Below are positions 10,074 to 20,563 of a stretch of DNA of 64,000 nt, in pieces. Both the position numbers and the translations under genes were made by a program. The notes beneath the pieces are model-generated. The model was given only the letters and a program-made list of their open reading frames with translations, ran no database searches and had not been told where the DNA came from. The number at the start of each line of letters is the position of its first letter. Within the stretch, counting starts at the first letter, position 1. The stretch is taken from contig CANBWO010000003.1 of NCBI GenBank assembly GCA_947373155.1, positions 8,968-72,967 on the forward strand, given 5' to 3'. Origin of the DNA: Microbacteriaceae bacterium. Lineage in GTDB: Bacteria; Actinomycetota; Actinomycetes; Actinomycetales; Microbacteriaceae.

Positions 10074-10457
10074 ATGATTCACAAAATCAAAATCACCGGC
10101 CTTCGGGTTTTTGCACACCACGGAGTCTTCGATTTTGAACGTCAAAATGGCCAAGATTTTTACATCGATGCGTCGGTTTGGATCGACGGCGATGGGGCTG
10201 CTTATAACGACGACCTGGCTAAGACCGTGCACTACGGCGACCTGGCCAAGGCAATCGTAGATAACGTTAAGCACAACCCGGTGGACCTGATCGAGACCTT
10301 GGCACAGCGCCTGCTGGATTTGGCCCTGAATTTTGGTGGCGGAATCGTTGCCAAAGCCGAGATCACGGTGCATAAACCAGACGCCCCAATCCTCTACGAA
10401 TTCCAAGACGTGAGCGTGACCGTTGAGGCAAGCAGAGGCGAGTTCAACATTGGCTAA
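10074..10457 (+). CDS. folB: dihydroneopterin aldolase
   Basis: 127 aa with IKITGLRVFAHHGVFDFERQNGQDF. Confidence 0.9.
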   Translation: MIHKIKITGLRVFAHHGVFDFERQNGQDFYIDASVWIDGDGAAYNDDLAKTVHYGDLAKAIVDNVKHNPVDLIETLAQRLLDLALNFGGGIVAKAEITVHKPDAPILYEFQDVSVTVEASRGEFNIG

Positions 10458-10956
10458 AGAGAAAGCTGTGCTGGCACTGGGGTCGAACCTCGGCGATCGC
10501 GGCGACCACCTGCGCAGGGCGGCTCAAGAACTTGGCCAGGTGCCCGGCATCAAGCTGGTCAAGTTATCTCCGCTAGTGGAATCGCTTGCCGTTACTCCCG
10601 CGGGCATCGATGAATCTAGACCCAAATATTTGAATGCGGTTTTGCTAGTTGAGACCTCGCTGAAACCTAAAGAACTGCTGGCGGCCTGCCGATTGGTAGA
10701 AAGCGATCACGGCAGGGTTCGAGTGGAGAAGTGGGGTTCGCGAACCCTGGATGTAGACATCATCACCTACGGAACCACGCTAAAAACTGGCAAAGAACTA
10801 ACCCTGCCCCACCCGCGGGCTTACCAACGGAGTTTTGTTTTGGTGCCTTGGTCCCTGGCAGATCCGGATGCAATCCTGCCCGGCCATGGTTCGGTGGCGG
10901 AACTGGTGGACCAACTTCCAGAAAACCCGCAGAGCAAAGTTTGGATTATGGAATGA
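10423..10956 (+). CDS. folK: 2-amino-4-hydroxy-6-hydroxymethyldihydropteridine diphosphokinase (HPPK)
   Basis: Motifs ALGSNLGDR and RTLDVDII..., then LPHPR. The start is uncertain: TTG 10423, TTG 10450 and GTG 10468 are all in frame. Confidence 0.88.
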   Translation: MRQAEASSTLAKEKAVLALGSNLGDRGDHLRRAAQELGQVPGIKLVKLSPLVESLAVTPAGIDESRPKYLNAVLLVETSLKPKELLAACRLVESDHGRVRVEKWGSRTLDVDIITYGTTLKTGKELTLPHPRAYQRSFVLVPWSLADPDAILPGHGSVAELVDQLPENPQSKVWIME

Positions 10957-11480
10957 AACCAACTAGCGCACTGCCACTAATCATTTGGGTCATCGCAGCG
11001 GCCATTTTCTCGGGTCTGCTGGGCCTGTTCCGGCTCTCCCACGGGCAATCCGTTCCCGTAAGTCCAATCAACATCATCCTTACGCTTCCGGCTATTGCAC
11101 TGGTGTTGCTGGCTTTGGCATATCCCATTTATCGCTATCGCAAGCAGTTGCTGGATTGGGCATCGATGGGAACTGCCGGCGGCTCTCAAAAATCTGCCAA
11201 CCACCGACCCAAACGGCTCGACCCGTTCTATGCAGTGCGCGTCTTGTTGCTGGCAAAGGCGAGCGCCATTGCTGGTGCGATTTTTGCCGGTTGGCACATT
11301 GGCCTGGTTATTTTGCAGCTAACCACTCCAGTGATTTCGCCCAAGGTTTGGAGCAACATTGCCGGCCTGGTGGGTTCGGTTATCACCGTTGTGGTTGGGC
11401 TGATTGTGGAACGACTTTGCAGGATTCCCGATTCAGGTGAACCGGAAGCGCCGGCAACCGGCGAGGTGACCCCGGCATGA
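10953..11480 (+). CDS. DUF3180-like membrane protein
   Basis: A 4-TM protein directly after folK with an ATGA overlap. This position matches the conserved actinobacterial gene downstream of folK. Confidence 0.65.
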   Translation: MKPTSALPLIIWVIAAAIFSGLLGLFRLSHGQSVPVSPINIILTLPAIALVLLALAYPIYRYRKQLLDWASMGTAGGSQKSANHRPKRLDPFYAVRVLLLAKASAIAGAIFAGWHIGLVILQLTTPVISPKVWSNIAGLVGSVITVVVGLIVERLCRIPDSGEPEAPATGEVTPA

Positions 11481-12202
11481 GCGCGCAATCTAGGCTCAGA
11501 GTAGGCATAATCGGTGCCGGCCCGGTGGGAGTAATTCTTGGGCAGGCGCTGGCAGGAGCCGGCCACCTGGTGGTGGGAATCAGCACCGTGACCGCCAAGA
11601 ACGTAGAACGCGCCAACGCGATTTTGCCCAGCGTGCCACTTTTGGATGTGCCCTCCGTGTTGGCAAACAGCGACCTTGTGCTCTTGGCGATACCGGCCGA
11701 ACAAATCGAGCCGAGCGTGACAGGATGGGCCGAGTTGGGTCTTTGGCGGAGCGGCCAGATAGTGGTTCACACCGCAGCCGAATTCGGCGTGAAGGTTTTG
11801 CTTCCGGCCGTGCAACAAGGGGTCATTCCGTTGGCCATCCACCCGGCCATGCGTTTCACCGGCACCAGCCTCGACCTCATGCGAATCCGTGAGGCGTTCT
11901 TTGCAATCACGGCACCGCCGGTTGCTATGCCAATCGCCGAGGCCCTGGTGATCGAGATGGGCGGCGAGCCCCTGCAGGTAGCCGAAGCCAACCGTGCCAA
12001 GTACGCCGAGGCAATCGAGGTAGCCAGTAGTTTTAGCGCCATGGTTATCAATCAGGCAATCGGTATTTTGGCGGAAATTGATATTCCAGGCGCTCGCGAT
12101 GTGCTTGGCCCATTGGTTAGATCCAGCGTGGAACACGCTCTGGCCGATGGATACAAGCCTTTCAACCCCGATGACATTACCAACGACCCGATGGGGATTT
12201 AA
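11477..12202 (+). CDS. Rossmann-fold protein, DUF2520/ketopantoate-reductase-like
   Basis: N-terminal GIIGAGPVG dinucleotide-binding motif. Lies immediately upstream of panC, as in mycobacteria. Confidence 0.65.
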   Translation: MSAQSRLRVGIIGAGPVGVILGQALAGAGHLVVGISTVTAKNVERANAILPSVPLLDVPSVLANSDLVLLAIPAEQIEPSVTGWAELGLWRSGQIVVHTAAEFGVKVLLPAVQQGVIPLAIHPAMRFTGTSLDLMRIREAFFAITAPPVAMPIAEALVIEMGGEPLQVAEANRAKYAEAIEVASSFSAMVINQAIGILAEIDIPGARDVLGPLVRSSVEHALADGYKPFNPDDITNDPMGI

Positions 12203-13048
12203 GTGCAACTCGTTCATACCGCTGCGCAGCTGGATGCCGCTCTGGCGCCGGCTCGCGCTGCCGCTAAAACCATTGGGCTCGTGCCAACTATGGGAGCCCT
12301 GCACGCGGGTCACCTGAGCCTGGTTGATTTGGCGCAAGAATCCAGCGATGTCGTTGTGGTGAGCATCTTTGTGAATCCCAAGCAGTTTGGTGAGGGCGAG
12401 GATTTTGATAAATACCCTCGCACTCTAGATGCCGATGTCGCCCTGCTAGAGGGCAAAGCAGATATCGTGTTTGCCCCCAGCGCTCTGGATGTTTACCCGC
12501 AAAACGTTGAAGTTCCAACCAAGCACGCCGGTCCTGTGGGCTCGCTGTTCGAGGGCGCAAGCCGCCCAGGGCACTTCGATGGGATGCTCACGGTGGTGGC
12601 GCGGCTGTTTGATTTGGTGGGTCCTGACATCGCTGTATTTGGGCAAAAAGATGCCCAACAACTTGCGCTGGTGACCAGCATGGCCGCTGCCGATTTCCCC
12701 CAAATCGAGGTGATTGCCGCCGAGACCGTTCGCGAGCCGAGTGGGCTGGCCATGAGCAGTCGAAACCGATTCTTGAACAGCGAGCAGTTTGAGATTGCCG
12801 AGATTCTGGCGATTTCGCTGCTAGCGGTTTGCGAGCTAATCGAAAGCGGCATGGATGCCTCTGCCGCGCTAGAAATCGGCCGCGAAATGATTAGCGGAGA
12901 GCCCGAGACTAAACTTGATTACCTAGCCCTAGTTGATCCCAGCACATTTGTGCCGCTCAACGATGGGTACACCGGACCAGCGCTTTTGATTGTTGCAGCG
13001 CAGGTTGGTGAGGTCAGGTTGATCGACAACCTGCCGTTCCAGATTTAG
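12203..13048 (+). CDS. panC: pantoate--beta-alanine ligase
   Basis: Motifs VPTMGALHAGHLSL and FGQKDAQQ. Confidence 0.95.
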   Translation: MQLVHTAAQLDAALAPARAAAKTIGLVPTMGALHAGHLSLVDLAQESSDVVVVSIFVNPKQFGEGEDFDKYPRTLDADVALLEGKADIVFAPSALDVYPQNVEVPTKHAGPVGSLFEGASRPGHFDGMLTVVARLFDLVGPDIAVFGQKDAQQLALVTSMAAADFPQIEVIAAETVREPSGLAMSSRNRFLNSEQFEIAEILAISLLAVCELIESGMDASAALEIGREMISGEPETKLDYLALVDPSTFVPLNDGYTGPALLIVAAQVGEVRLIDNLPFQI

Positions 13049-13091
13049 TAAAACTTGGCCCAACTAGGGCCATGAAAACAGGAGAGCCGCC

Positions 13092-14594
13092 ATGAGCGAC
13101 CAGCCACAGCCAGTTGAACAAGACGAAGAAGGCCAGGACCTTCCGGAGCAGATCGCCATTCGTCTTGCCAAGCGCGAGCGCCTGATTGCCCTGGGCGATG
13201 CGTACCCGGTTTCGCTTCCTATCACCCACACCATCTCTCAGGTCCGTGCGGCTTACCCAGAACTGGACATCGATGTGGCTACCGGGCAGATTGTTGCCCT
13301 AGCCGGCCGAGTCATGTTCCAGCGCAACACCGGAAAGCTCTGTTTTGCAACCCTGCAGGCCGGCAACGGTGAGCGCATTCAGGCAATGCTTAGCCTGGAC
13401 AAGGTTGGACAGGAAGAACTAGATCTATACAAAGAGTTAGTCGACCTAGGCGACCACGTGTTTGTGGAGGGCGAGGTAATCACCTCCAAGCGCGGCGAGC
13501 TTTCGATCATGGCCACCAGTTGGAAGATGGCCGCCAAGACCATTCGCCCGCTGCCTAACCTGCACAACGAACTGGGTGAGGAATTCCGGGTTCGTCACCG
13601 CTACATCGACCTGATCGTTCGCGACCGCGCCCGTGAGGTAGTTCAGATTCGCGCCAAGGTTATGCAGAGCATGCGCAAGACTTTTGCGGAGCGTGCCTAC
13701 CTAGAGGTCGAAACCCCAATGCTGCAGACCATTCACGGCGGTGCATCGGCCAGACCTTTCAAGACCCACAGCAACGCCTTCGACACCGAGTTGTTCCTGC
13801 GCATCGCGCCGGAGCTTTTCCTGAAGCGCGCGGTGGTAGGTGGAATCGATCGAGTCTTCGAAATCAACCGCAACTTTAGAAACGAAGGCGCCGACCGCAC
13901 CCACTCTCCCGAGTTCGCAATGCTAGAGGCCTATGAGGCCTACGGCGACTACAACACCATCGCAGACCTAACCCAGGCGCTCATTCAAAATGCAGCCATG
14001 GATGTCTTCGGCACCCACCAGGTAGTTCTTGAAGACGGCAGTATCAACGACCTTGGTGGCAACTGGCCTCGCATCAGCATGTTCGAGAGCCTCTCCGAGG
14101 CCTGCGGCATGGCTATCACTCCGGAGACTCCCATTTCGGAGCTCAAGGCGTTGGCCGAGCGCGAGGGGATCGAGATCGATCACCCGCTGCACGGCAAGTA
14201 TGTGGAAGAGCTGTGGGAACACTTTGTAAAGGTGAACCTGGTGAATCCAACCTTTGTAATCGACTTCCCAGTTGACACCTCGCCGCTTACCCGCAACCAC
14301 CGCAGCAAGCCTGGGGTAGTAGAAAAGTGGGACCTCTACATCCGTGGCTACGAACAGGCCACCGGTTACTCCGAGCTAGTAGACCCAGTGATTCAGCGCG
14401 AGCGCTTTGTGGAGCAGGTTACCCTGGCTGCCGCCGGCGACCCAGAGGCCATGAAGCTAGACGAGGACTTTTTGAAGGCACTCGAATTCGGCATGCCTCC
14501 TTCGGGTGGAATGGGAATGGGCATCGACCGCCTGCTCATGTCGCTCACAGGTCTGGGTATCCGCGAGACCATCATGTTCCCGCTGGTCAAGTAA
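13092..14594 (+). CDS. lysS: lysine--tRNA ligase (class II)
   Basis: 500 aa with class II motifs: [18 protein letters not shown], then [12 protein letters not shown]. Confidence 0.95.
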   Translation: MSDQPQPVEQDEEGQDLPEQIAIRLAKRERLIALGDAYPVSLPITHTISQVRAAYPELDIDVATGQIVALAGRVMFQRNTGKLCFATLQAGNGERIQAMLSLDKVGQEELDLYKELVDLGDHVFVEGEVITSKRGELSIMATSWKMAAKTIRPLPNLHNELGEEFRVRHRYIDLIVRDRAREVVQIRAKVMQSMRKTFAERAYLEVETPMLQTIHGGASARPFKTHSNAFDTELFLRIAPELFLKRAVVGGIDRVFEINRNFRNEGADRTHSPEFAMLEAYEAYGDYNTIADLTQALIQNAAMDVFGTHQVVLEDGSINDLGGNWPRISMFESLSEACGMAITPETPISELKALAEREGIEIDHPLHGKYVEELWEHFVKVNLVNPTFVIDFPVDTSPLTRNHRSKPGVVEKWDLYIRGYEQATGYSELVDPVIQRERFVEQVTLAAAGDPEAMKLDEDFLKALEFGMPPSGGMGMGIDRLLMSLTGLGIRETIMFPLVK

Positions 14595-14654
14595 TTTGGG
14601 CCAGCTTTGCTCGGCCGCATAATCCGCCACTCAACTCTCTAGATCGGACTCGAA

Positions 14655-14864
14655 ATGAGCGCAAACTTTGGGCAGCAACTCATTGACACCCTGCTCGGGT
14701 TCATTCCTCCGTTGCTTGTGGGTGGAGTCTTTTGGCTGATCATGCGCAGCATCTTGGGCGCAGACAAAAAGGAACGTCAGGTCTATTCGCAGATTGAGGC
14801 CGAAGAGCGCGCCAAGCTGGCGGCTGCGGAGGCCAAGGCATCAAAGGATGCCGCCGAGGCCTAG
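14655..14864 (+). CDS. small membrane protein with charged C-terminal tail
   Basis: 69 aa with one TM segment (LLGFIPPLLVGGVFWLIM) and a Lys/Glu/Ala-rich tail. No family recognised. Confidence 0.45.
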   Translation: MSANFGQQLIDTLLGFIPPLLVGGVFWLIMRSILGADKKERQVYSQIEAEERAKLAAAEAKASKDAAEA

Positions 14865-14867
14865 CTA

Positions 14868-15365
14868 ATGAATCCCTCTACCGGGTCCAAGCGAACCCTC
14901 AGCTTCATTATTGGAGCTTTAGCTGTTTTAGTCTCTTACCTGGCATACTCAACCGTGTTGCCAATTATTCTCGCCTTGTCCCAGGTTTCATCGACTTTCA
15001 GTTGGAGCGAGGCGATTGCCTCACCATTGCTCCAAGGCAACTACTTATGGTTTGTGCTTTTTCTTCACGTGTTCCACTTGATTACTTTTGCCCCTATCGT
15101 TTTGGCTGGAATATTTGTCAGTCACTTCACAAGACTGAAATTTCAAGCACCTCACATAAAACTATTGTTCTGGCCCATCGTGGTCGCTGTAAACGTATTT
15201 TTTACACAGGCGCTGTGGTTCTCTATCTTTCCGGTGGGGGGCTCACCTGGCATACAGCTAATCTTGGAAGCGATATCCTTTTGGTCGTTTATTTGGCTAG
15301 CAAAGTATTTATTTGGCGCGTTCTCAAAGTACTTTCACCTAGGCACTGGGCAATCAGCTTTGTAG
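14868..15365 (+). CDS. polytopic membrane protein, unknown function (AT-rich gene)
   Basis: 165 aa with about 5 TM segments. Starts 3 nt after the previous stop. Visibly lower GC than its neighbours. Confidence 0.5.
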   Translation: MNPSTGSKRTLSFIIGALAVLVSYLAYSTVLPIILALSQVSSTFSWSEAIASPLLQGNYLWFVLFLHVFHLITFAPIVLAGIFVSHFTRLKFQAPHIKLLFWPIVVAVNVFFTQALWFSIFPVGGSPGIQLILEAISFWSFIWLAKYLFGAFSKYFHLGTGQSAL

Positions 15366-15470
15366 TTCACCCTAGGGCGAACAACCCTATTTACTGCCAT
15401 CCATCGCGGTTAACATTCCTATAGATAACCTTTGCCACCCAAGGCATAGGTAGTCGGCTAGGAGTATGAA

Positions 15471-17930
15471 ATGTTTGAAAAGTTCACCGACAAGGCTCGT
15501 CGAGTTGTTGTGCTGGCTCAAGAAGAAGCTAAGCTGCTAAATCACAACTACATCGGTACCGAGCACATCTTGCTGGGTCTGATTCACGAGGGCGAGGGCG
15601 TTGCCGCCAAGGCCTTGGAATCGCTAGGCATTTCACTCGAATCCGTGCGCGAGCAGGTGCAGGAGATCATCGGCACCGGCCAGCAGGCACCTACCGGTCA
15701 CATTCCATTTACCCCTCGTGCCAAGAAGGTACTTGAGCTTTCGCTTCGCGAGGCACTGCAGTTGGGTCACAGCTACATCGGCACCGAGCACCTGTTGCTG
15801 GGGCTGATTCGCGAAGGCGAGGGGGTTGCCGCCCAGGTGCTAACCAAGCTTGGAGCAGACACCAACCGCGTTCGCCAGCAGGTCATTCAGCTACTCAGTG
15901 GCTTCCAGGGCAAAGAGACCGTGGGCGTTGGCGCCACCGAAGCAGCCCCGCAAAAGGGTTCGCAGATTCTGGACCAGTTCGGGCGCAACCTCACCCAGGC
16001 AGCAGCCGATGGCAAGCTCGACCCGGTAATCGGTCGCGAGCGAGAGATCGAGCGAGTGATGCAGATCCTTAGCCGCCGCAGCAAGAACAACCCGGTTCTA
16101 ATTGGCGAACCAGGTGTTGGAAAGACTGCCGTGGTCGAGGGCCTAGCCCAGGCAATCGTTGCCGGCAACGTGCCAGAAACCCTCAAGGGCAAGCAGCTTT
16201 ACACCCTAGACCTCGGTTCGCTGATCGCTGGTTCGCGTTACCGCGGAGACTTTGAAGAGCGCCTTAAAAAGGTCACCAAAGAGATTCGCACCCGTGGCGA
16301 CATCATCACTTTCATCGATGAAATTCACTCGTTGGTTGGTGCAGGTGCAGCCGAGGGCGCTATCGATGCAGCCAGCATCCTCAAGCCGCTGCTAGCCCGC
16401 GGCGAGCTACAGACCATTGGTGCCACCACCTTGGACGAATACCGCAAGTACTTCGAGAAGGACGCCGCCCTAGAGCGTCGCTTCCAGAGTGTGCTTGTGA
16501 ACGAGCCATCGTTGCCTCAGGCCATCAACATCCTCAAGGGTCTGCGCGACCGCTATGAGGCGCACCACAAGGTTTCCATCACCGATGGCGCCCTGGTGGC
16601 AGCGGTGAATTTGTCTGACCGTTATGTGGCGGATCGCCACCTGCCAGACAAGGCGATCGACCTAATCGACGAAGCCGGTGCTCGCGTTCGCCTCTCGATT
16701 CTTAGTTCGCCACCGGAACTTCGCTCGCTCGAAGAGAAGATCGTTGCGGTTCGCGTGGACAAGGAAAAGGCCATTGAGAACCAGGACTTCGAACTTGCCG
16801 CCAGCAAGCGAGACGAAGAAAAGACTTTGAACGCCGAACGCGTTCGCCTAGAAAAGGAATACCGCAAGGGCAATGTTCGTGAGCAGGGCATCGTAGACGA
16901 AGGCCTAATCGCCGAGGTCTTGGCGCAGGCAACCGGCATTCCAGTGTTCAAGCTCACCGAGGAAGAGTCTGCTCGACTGATCTTCATGGAGCAGGAACTG
17001 CACAAGCGTGTCATCGGTCAGGAAGAAGCCATCGCGGCTCTTTCCAAGACTATTCGTCGTCAGCGTGCCGGCCTAAAGGATCCAAAGCGTCCATCTGGTT
17101 CGTTTATCTTTGCCGGTCCTACCGGTGTTGGAAAGACCGAACTAGCCAAGGCTTTGGCCGAGTTCCTATTCGACGACGAAGGCGCGCTAATCAGCCTAGA
17201 CATGTCGGAATACGGCGAGAAGCACACCGTTAGCCGTTTGTTCGGTGCTCCTCCGGGCTTTGTTGGATTCGAGGAAGGCGGCCAGCTAACCGAGAAGGTT
17301 CGCCGCAAGCCATTCAGCGTTGTGCTGTTCGACGAGATCGAAAAGGCTCACCCAGACATCTTCAACAGCCTGCTGCAGATCCTAGAAGAAGGCCGCCTAA
17401 CCGATGGCCAGGGTCGAGTTGTGGACTTCAAGAACACTGTGATCATCATGACCACCAACCTTGGAACCCGCGACATTGCTCGCGGCACCATGGGCTTCTC
17501 TCTGGAAGGCAACAGCCAGAACGAGTACGAGCTCATGAAGGGCAAGGTCAATGAGGAACTCAAGAAGAACTTCAAGCCTGAGTTCCTAAACCGTGTAGAC
17601 GAAACCATCGTGTTCCCTCAGCTGAGCAAGGACGAACTGCGTCAGATTGTAGATCTGTTCCTAAAGCGCCTTGCCTACCGTCTGGAAGACCGCGACATGA
17701 CCATCGAGGTAAGTTCGGATGCCAAGGACAAACTGATCGAGATCGGTTTCGACCCGGCTCTGGGAGCTCGCCCGCTGCGTCGTGCAGTTCAGCGCGAAAT
17801 CGAAGACAAGCTGTCGGAGAAGATTCTCCACGGCGAGGCAGTTGCTTCGAGCCACGTTATTGTGGACCTGGTGGCGGGCGAATTCGTATTCACCAACAAG
17901 CCTCGTGTTCACGAGTCGGTTGGCGCCTAG
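15471..17930 (+). CDS. clpC: ATP-dependent Clp protease ATP-binding subunit ClpC
   Basis: N-terminal Clp repeat domain, two AAA+ modules (GEPGVGKT and GPTGVGKT) and a UVR-like linker. Confidence 0.97.
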   Translation: MFEKFTDKARRVVVLAQEEAKLLNHNYIGTEHILLGLIHEGEGVAAKALESLGISLESVREQVQEIIGTGQQAPTGHIPFTPRAKKVLELSLREALQLGHSYIGTEHLLLGLIREGEGVAAQVLTKLGADTNRVRQQVIQLLSGFQGKETVGVGATEAAPQKGSQILDQFGRNLTQAAADGKLDPVIGREREIERVMQILSRRSKNNPVLIGEPGVGKTAVVEGLAQAIVAGNVPETLKGKQLYTLDLGSLIAGSRYRGDFEERLKKVTKEIRTRGDIITFIDEIHSLVGAGAAEGAIDAASILKPLLARGELQTIGATTLDEYRKYFEKDAALERRFQSVLVNEPSLPQAINILKGLRDRYEAHHKVSITDGALVAAVNLSDRYVADRHLPDKAIDLIDEAGARVRLSILSSPPELRSLEEKIVAVRVDKEKAIENQDFELAASKRDEEKTLNAERVRLEKEYRKGNVREQGIVDEGLIAEVLAQATGIPVFKLTEEESARLIFMEQELHKRVIGQEEAIAALSKTIRRQRAGLKDPKRPSGSFIFAGPTGVGKTELAKALAEFLFDDEGALISLDMSEYGEKHTVSRLFGAPPGFVGFEEGGQLTEKVRRKPFSVVLFDEIEKAHPDIFNSLLQILEEGRLTDGQGRVVDFKNTVIIMTTNLGTRDIARGTMGFSLEGNSQNEYELMKGKVNEELKKNFKPEFLNRVDETIVFPQLSKDELRQIVDLFLKRLAYRLEDRDMTIEVSSDAKDKLIEIGFDPALGARPLRRAVQREIEDKLSEKILHGEAVASSHVIVDLVAGEFVFTNKPRVHESVGA

Positions 17931-17947
17931 CAAAAAAGCGTTTCATA

Positions 17948-17983
17948 ACGGAGGTCGGCCCAAAGTTTGGGTCGGCCTCCGTT
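17948..17983 (+). terminator. stem-loop terminator after clpC
   Basis: ACGGAGGTCGGCCCAAA pairs with TTTGGGTCGGCCTCCGT, using two G-U pairs. Confidence 0.65.
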
Positions 17984-17995
17984 AGCATTTAAGGC

Positions 17996-18508
17996 ATGAC
18001 CTCAGCCACCTTTGCAGTGCGACCGGCGCAGACCGCCGACGTGAAAGCAATTCAGGCAATTCGCACTCCGCTTGAGGGAACCGGCAAGAAGCTACTTCAC
18101 CACGACCTAGTTGCGCTCTATGAAAAAGTGCAAGAGTTCCTGGTGGCCGAAGACGAAGACGGAAATGTGATTGGCGCAGGTGCGCTGCACGTCATGTGGC
18201 AAGACCTCGGAGAAGTGCGCTCGCTAGTTGTTGCCGAGTCGGCTCGCGGCAAGGGCGTGGGCCACTCGATTGTGTCGGCGCTGCTTGAACGAGCCAAGGA
18301 CCTCGGTATCAAGCGAGTATTTTGCCTAACCTTCGAGGTTAGTTTTTTTGAGAAACACGGGTTCGAAACCATAAGTGACATTCCGGTAGACCACGAAACC
18401 TTCGAAGAGATGGTTCGTTCCACAGACGACGGCATCGCTGAGTTCTTGGATCTTGCCCGAGTGAAACAAAACACTCTTGGTAACACCCGAATGCTCAAAC
18501 TTTTGTAG
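17996..18508 (+). CDS. GNAT N-acetyltransferase (short amino-acid N-acetyltransferase type)
   Basis: 170 aa. The acetyl-CoA motif is VAESARGKGVGHSIVSALLERA. It resembles the short actinobacterial N-acetylglutamate synthase-like GNATs. Confidence 0.75.
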   Translation: MTSATFAVRPAQTADVKAIQAIRTPLEGTGKKLLHHDLVALYEKVQEFLVAEDEDGNVIGAGALHVMWQDLGEVRSLVVAESARGKGVGHSIVSALLERAKDLGIKRVFCLTFEVSFFEKHGFETISDIPVDHETFEEMVRSTDDGIAEFLDLARVKQNTLGNTRMLKLL

Positions 18509-18529
18509 TTACCTAGTTACATTTGAATC

Positions 18530-19153
18530 ATGTCAGCACCAAGATTCAACCCAAGACCACCTTCCAAAGCCCAGTTCTGGGCTCGCAGAATCATTGCGTT
18601 GATTGTGGTTAGTTTGGTCCTTTGGTTGGTCATCTGGGTTGTGACAGCAGTCTTTGGTTTCGTGGGCGGGCTCTTTGGTGGCAAGGCAGCCAATCCATCA
18701 TCCAGCCAGGCCTCGAATTCTTTAGCTAACGGAAAACCAACCACCTGTCTTCCGGCAGGGATCGAGGTTCAGACCGTGGTGGGAGACGGCGCCAAACCAC
18801 TTAGCGTTTTTGCGGCAGGCGTAAACCCTAAACACTGGTTCACGATCACCAACACCAGTAGCAAGGACTGCTACTTCAACGTGGGCGCTATTGCTCAGCA
18901 CGTTGTGATCACCAGCGGCGCTGAGACCATTTGGGATTCCGCCAACTGTAAAGACCAGGGCTCTAATCTGCGAGTACTTCTTGCGGCAGGAGTACCTGTA
19001 AACAGCAGCCCGGCTACTTGGCTAAGAGTTCATTCCTCTGCCACGGGTTGCGATGCCACACAAAGCCCAGCTACTGGCGGAGGCGCCAGCTACCACATTC
19101 AGTACACCGTGAATGGCGTCAAGGGCAACGATGTTCAGTTCATTCTGAACTAG
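18530..19153 (+). CDS. membrane-anchored extracytoplasmic protein (DUF4232-like), unknown function
   Basis: An N-terminal TM anchor, a Ser-rich linker, then a beta-rich domain of about 130 aa with 4 Cys. Confidence 0.55.
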   Translation: MSAPRFNPRPPSKAQFWARRIIALIVVSLVLWLVIWVVTAVFGFVGGLFGGKAANPSSSQASNSLANGKPTTCLPAGIEVQTVVGDGAKPLSVFAAGVNPKHWFTITNTSSKDCYFNVGAIAQHVVITSGAETIWDSANCKDQGSNLRVLLAAGVPVNSSPATWLRVHSSATGCDATQSPATGGGASYHIQYTVNGVKGNDVQFILN

Positions 19154-20482
19154 TTACCAGTTCAACCCGAGCGCCAATGCGGCCCGAAGGTCGCCAACTT
19201 CGCTATCCACACATCTTACAAAACCTAGGCGGCTAGCTTCTGAAGCACGCTGTTTGCCATTACTGACCTTGCGAATTTCGCCGGCCAGTGAGATCTCTCC
19301 GTAGGCAACTAGGTTGTGAGCAATTGGTTTGTCCTGGATCGCGCTCGCAATTGCCAATGCAATGGCTAAGTCGGTGGCTGGCTCGGTGAGCCGAACTCCG
19401 CCAACGGTAGACACGTATACGTCGTGTTCACCCAGCCTTAGCCCGGCTCTGCGCTCTAGCACAGCCAGCAACATTGATACTCGGCTGGAATCCACTCCGT
19501 TGGTGACTCTTCTTGGCTGAGGGGCGCTGGTTTTTACTACCAGGGCTTGTACCTCGGCAATTAGCGCGCGCCTGCCCTCCATGGCAACAGTCACGCAGGT
19601 ACCAGAAACCGGCGTGGTTCCGCGGCTCAAAAAGAGTCCGCTCGGGTCCGGTACTTCGGCAATGCCCTCGCCGGTCATCTCGAAACAGCCAACTTCATCG
19701 GTGGGCCCAAAACGGTTTTTGAGGCTTCTTACAAAGCGCAACGATGTCTGGCGGTCGCCTTCAAAGTGGCAAACCACATCTACTAGGTGCTCCAGCACTC
19801 TCGGCCCAGCAATGCTGCCGTCCTTGGTCACGTGACCAACCAAAATAACAGGGATGCCACGTTCTTTGGCAACCGAGATCAGGCTGGCGGCAACCTCGCG
19901 AATCTGGCTGGGCATGCCGGCAGCGCCGTCTATCTCGGCGCTGGCAATGGTTTGAACCGAGTCCACCAATATCAGCCCGGGCTGAACCGCGTCTATTTGG
20001 CCAAGCACGCTGCTGAGGTCGGTTTCGGTGGCGAGGTAAAGTTCTGGAGTGATTGCGCCGGTGCGCTGGGCCCTCAGGCGGATCTGCCCAACCGATTCCT
20101 CGCCGGATACGTAAAGAACTTTGTCTCCGCCGCGAGCAACTTTGGCCGCTACCTCTAATAGCAGTGTGCTCTTGCCAACGCCGGGCTCCCCGCTAAGCAG
20201 AATCACGGCACCGGATACCAGCCCGCCGCCCAAGACCCGATCAAACTCACCAACGCCGGTGGGGGTGGCCGCTACCTTGCCGGCATCTACCTCGGTGATG
20301 CTCTTAGCGGTTGCGGATTCCAAAATAATGGAGGCCTTGACCTTGCGGACTATGCCGGTCTGTGCGCCAACTTGCTGAACCGTTCCCCAGGCCTGGCACT
20401 CGCCACAGCGCCCCGCCCACTTAACCGTGGTCCAGCCGCAATCCGAGCAAGCGAAATCGTTTTTAGTCTTTGGTGAGGCCAT
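19154..20482 (-). CDS. radA: DNA repair protein RadA
   Basis: N-terminal zinc finger CSDCGW...CGECQAW, Walker A GEPGVGKST, the KNRFG motif and a Lon-like C-terminal domain. Confidence 0.95.
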   Translation of the reverse strand: MASPKTKNDFACSDCGWTTVKWAGRCGECQAWGTVQQVGAQTGIVRKVKASIILESATAKSITEVDAGKVAATPTGVGEFDRVLGGGLVSGAVILLSGEPGVGKSTLLLEVAAKVARGGDKVLYVSGEESVGQIRLRAQRTGAITPELYLATETDLSSVLGQIDAVQPGLILVDSVQTIASAEIDGAAGMPSQIREVAASLISVAKERGIPVILVGHVTKDGSIAGPRVLEHLVDVVCHFEGDRQTSLRFVRSLKNRFGPTDEVGCFEMTGEGIAEVPDPSGLFLSRGTTPVSGTCVTVAMEGRRALIAEVQALVVKTSAPQPRRVTNGVDSSRVSMLLAVLERRAGLRLGEHDVYVSTVGGVRLTEPATDLAIALAIASAIQDKPIAHNLVAYGEISLAGEIRKVSNGKQRASEASRLGFVRCVDSEVGDLRAALALGLNW

Positions 20483-20563
20483 GCCTCTAACCTAACGCCC
20501 AGCTAGGACATAGCTAGGAACGACATTTACCCCTGTCAACAAGCAGACGCTTAAACTTGCCCT

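Noticed and set aside
11228-12337. A 369-aa ORF antisense to the DUF3180, Rossmann and panC genes. Many similar long antisense or alternate-frame ORFs exist (for example 3128..4159 -, 9635..10054 -, 16622..17014 -, 51989..52519 -, 54724..55281 +).
   Set aside because: They lie fully inside genes that carry clear family motifs on the other strand or frame. Their products are Arg/Pro/Gly/Ser-rich with no motifs, which is the usual open-frame artefact of GC-biased coding DNA.
20483-20563. A DNA-damage (RecA-independent, PafBC-type) promoter motif upstream of radA.
   Set aside because: On the radA strand I see a plausible TTGACA-N17-TAGCTA housekeeping-type promoter and a direct AGCTAGGA repeat. 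There is no convincing TGTCGGTG-N8-TAnnnT arrangement.
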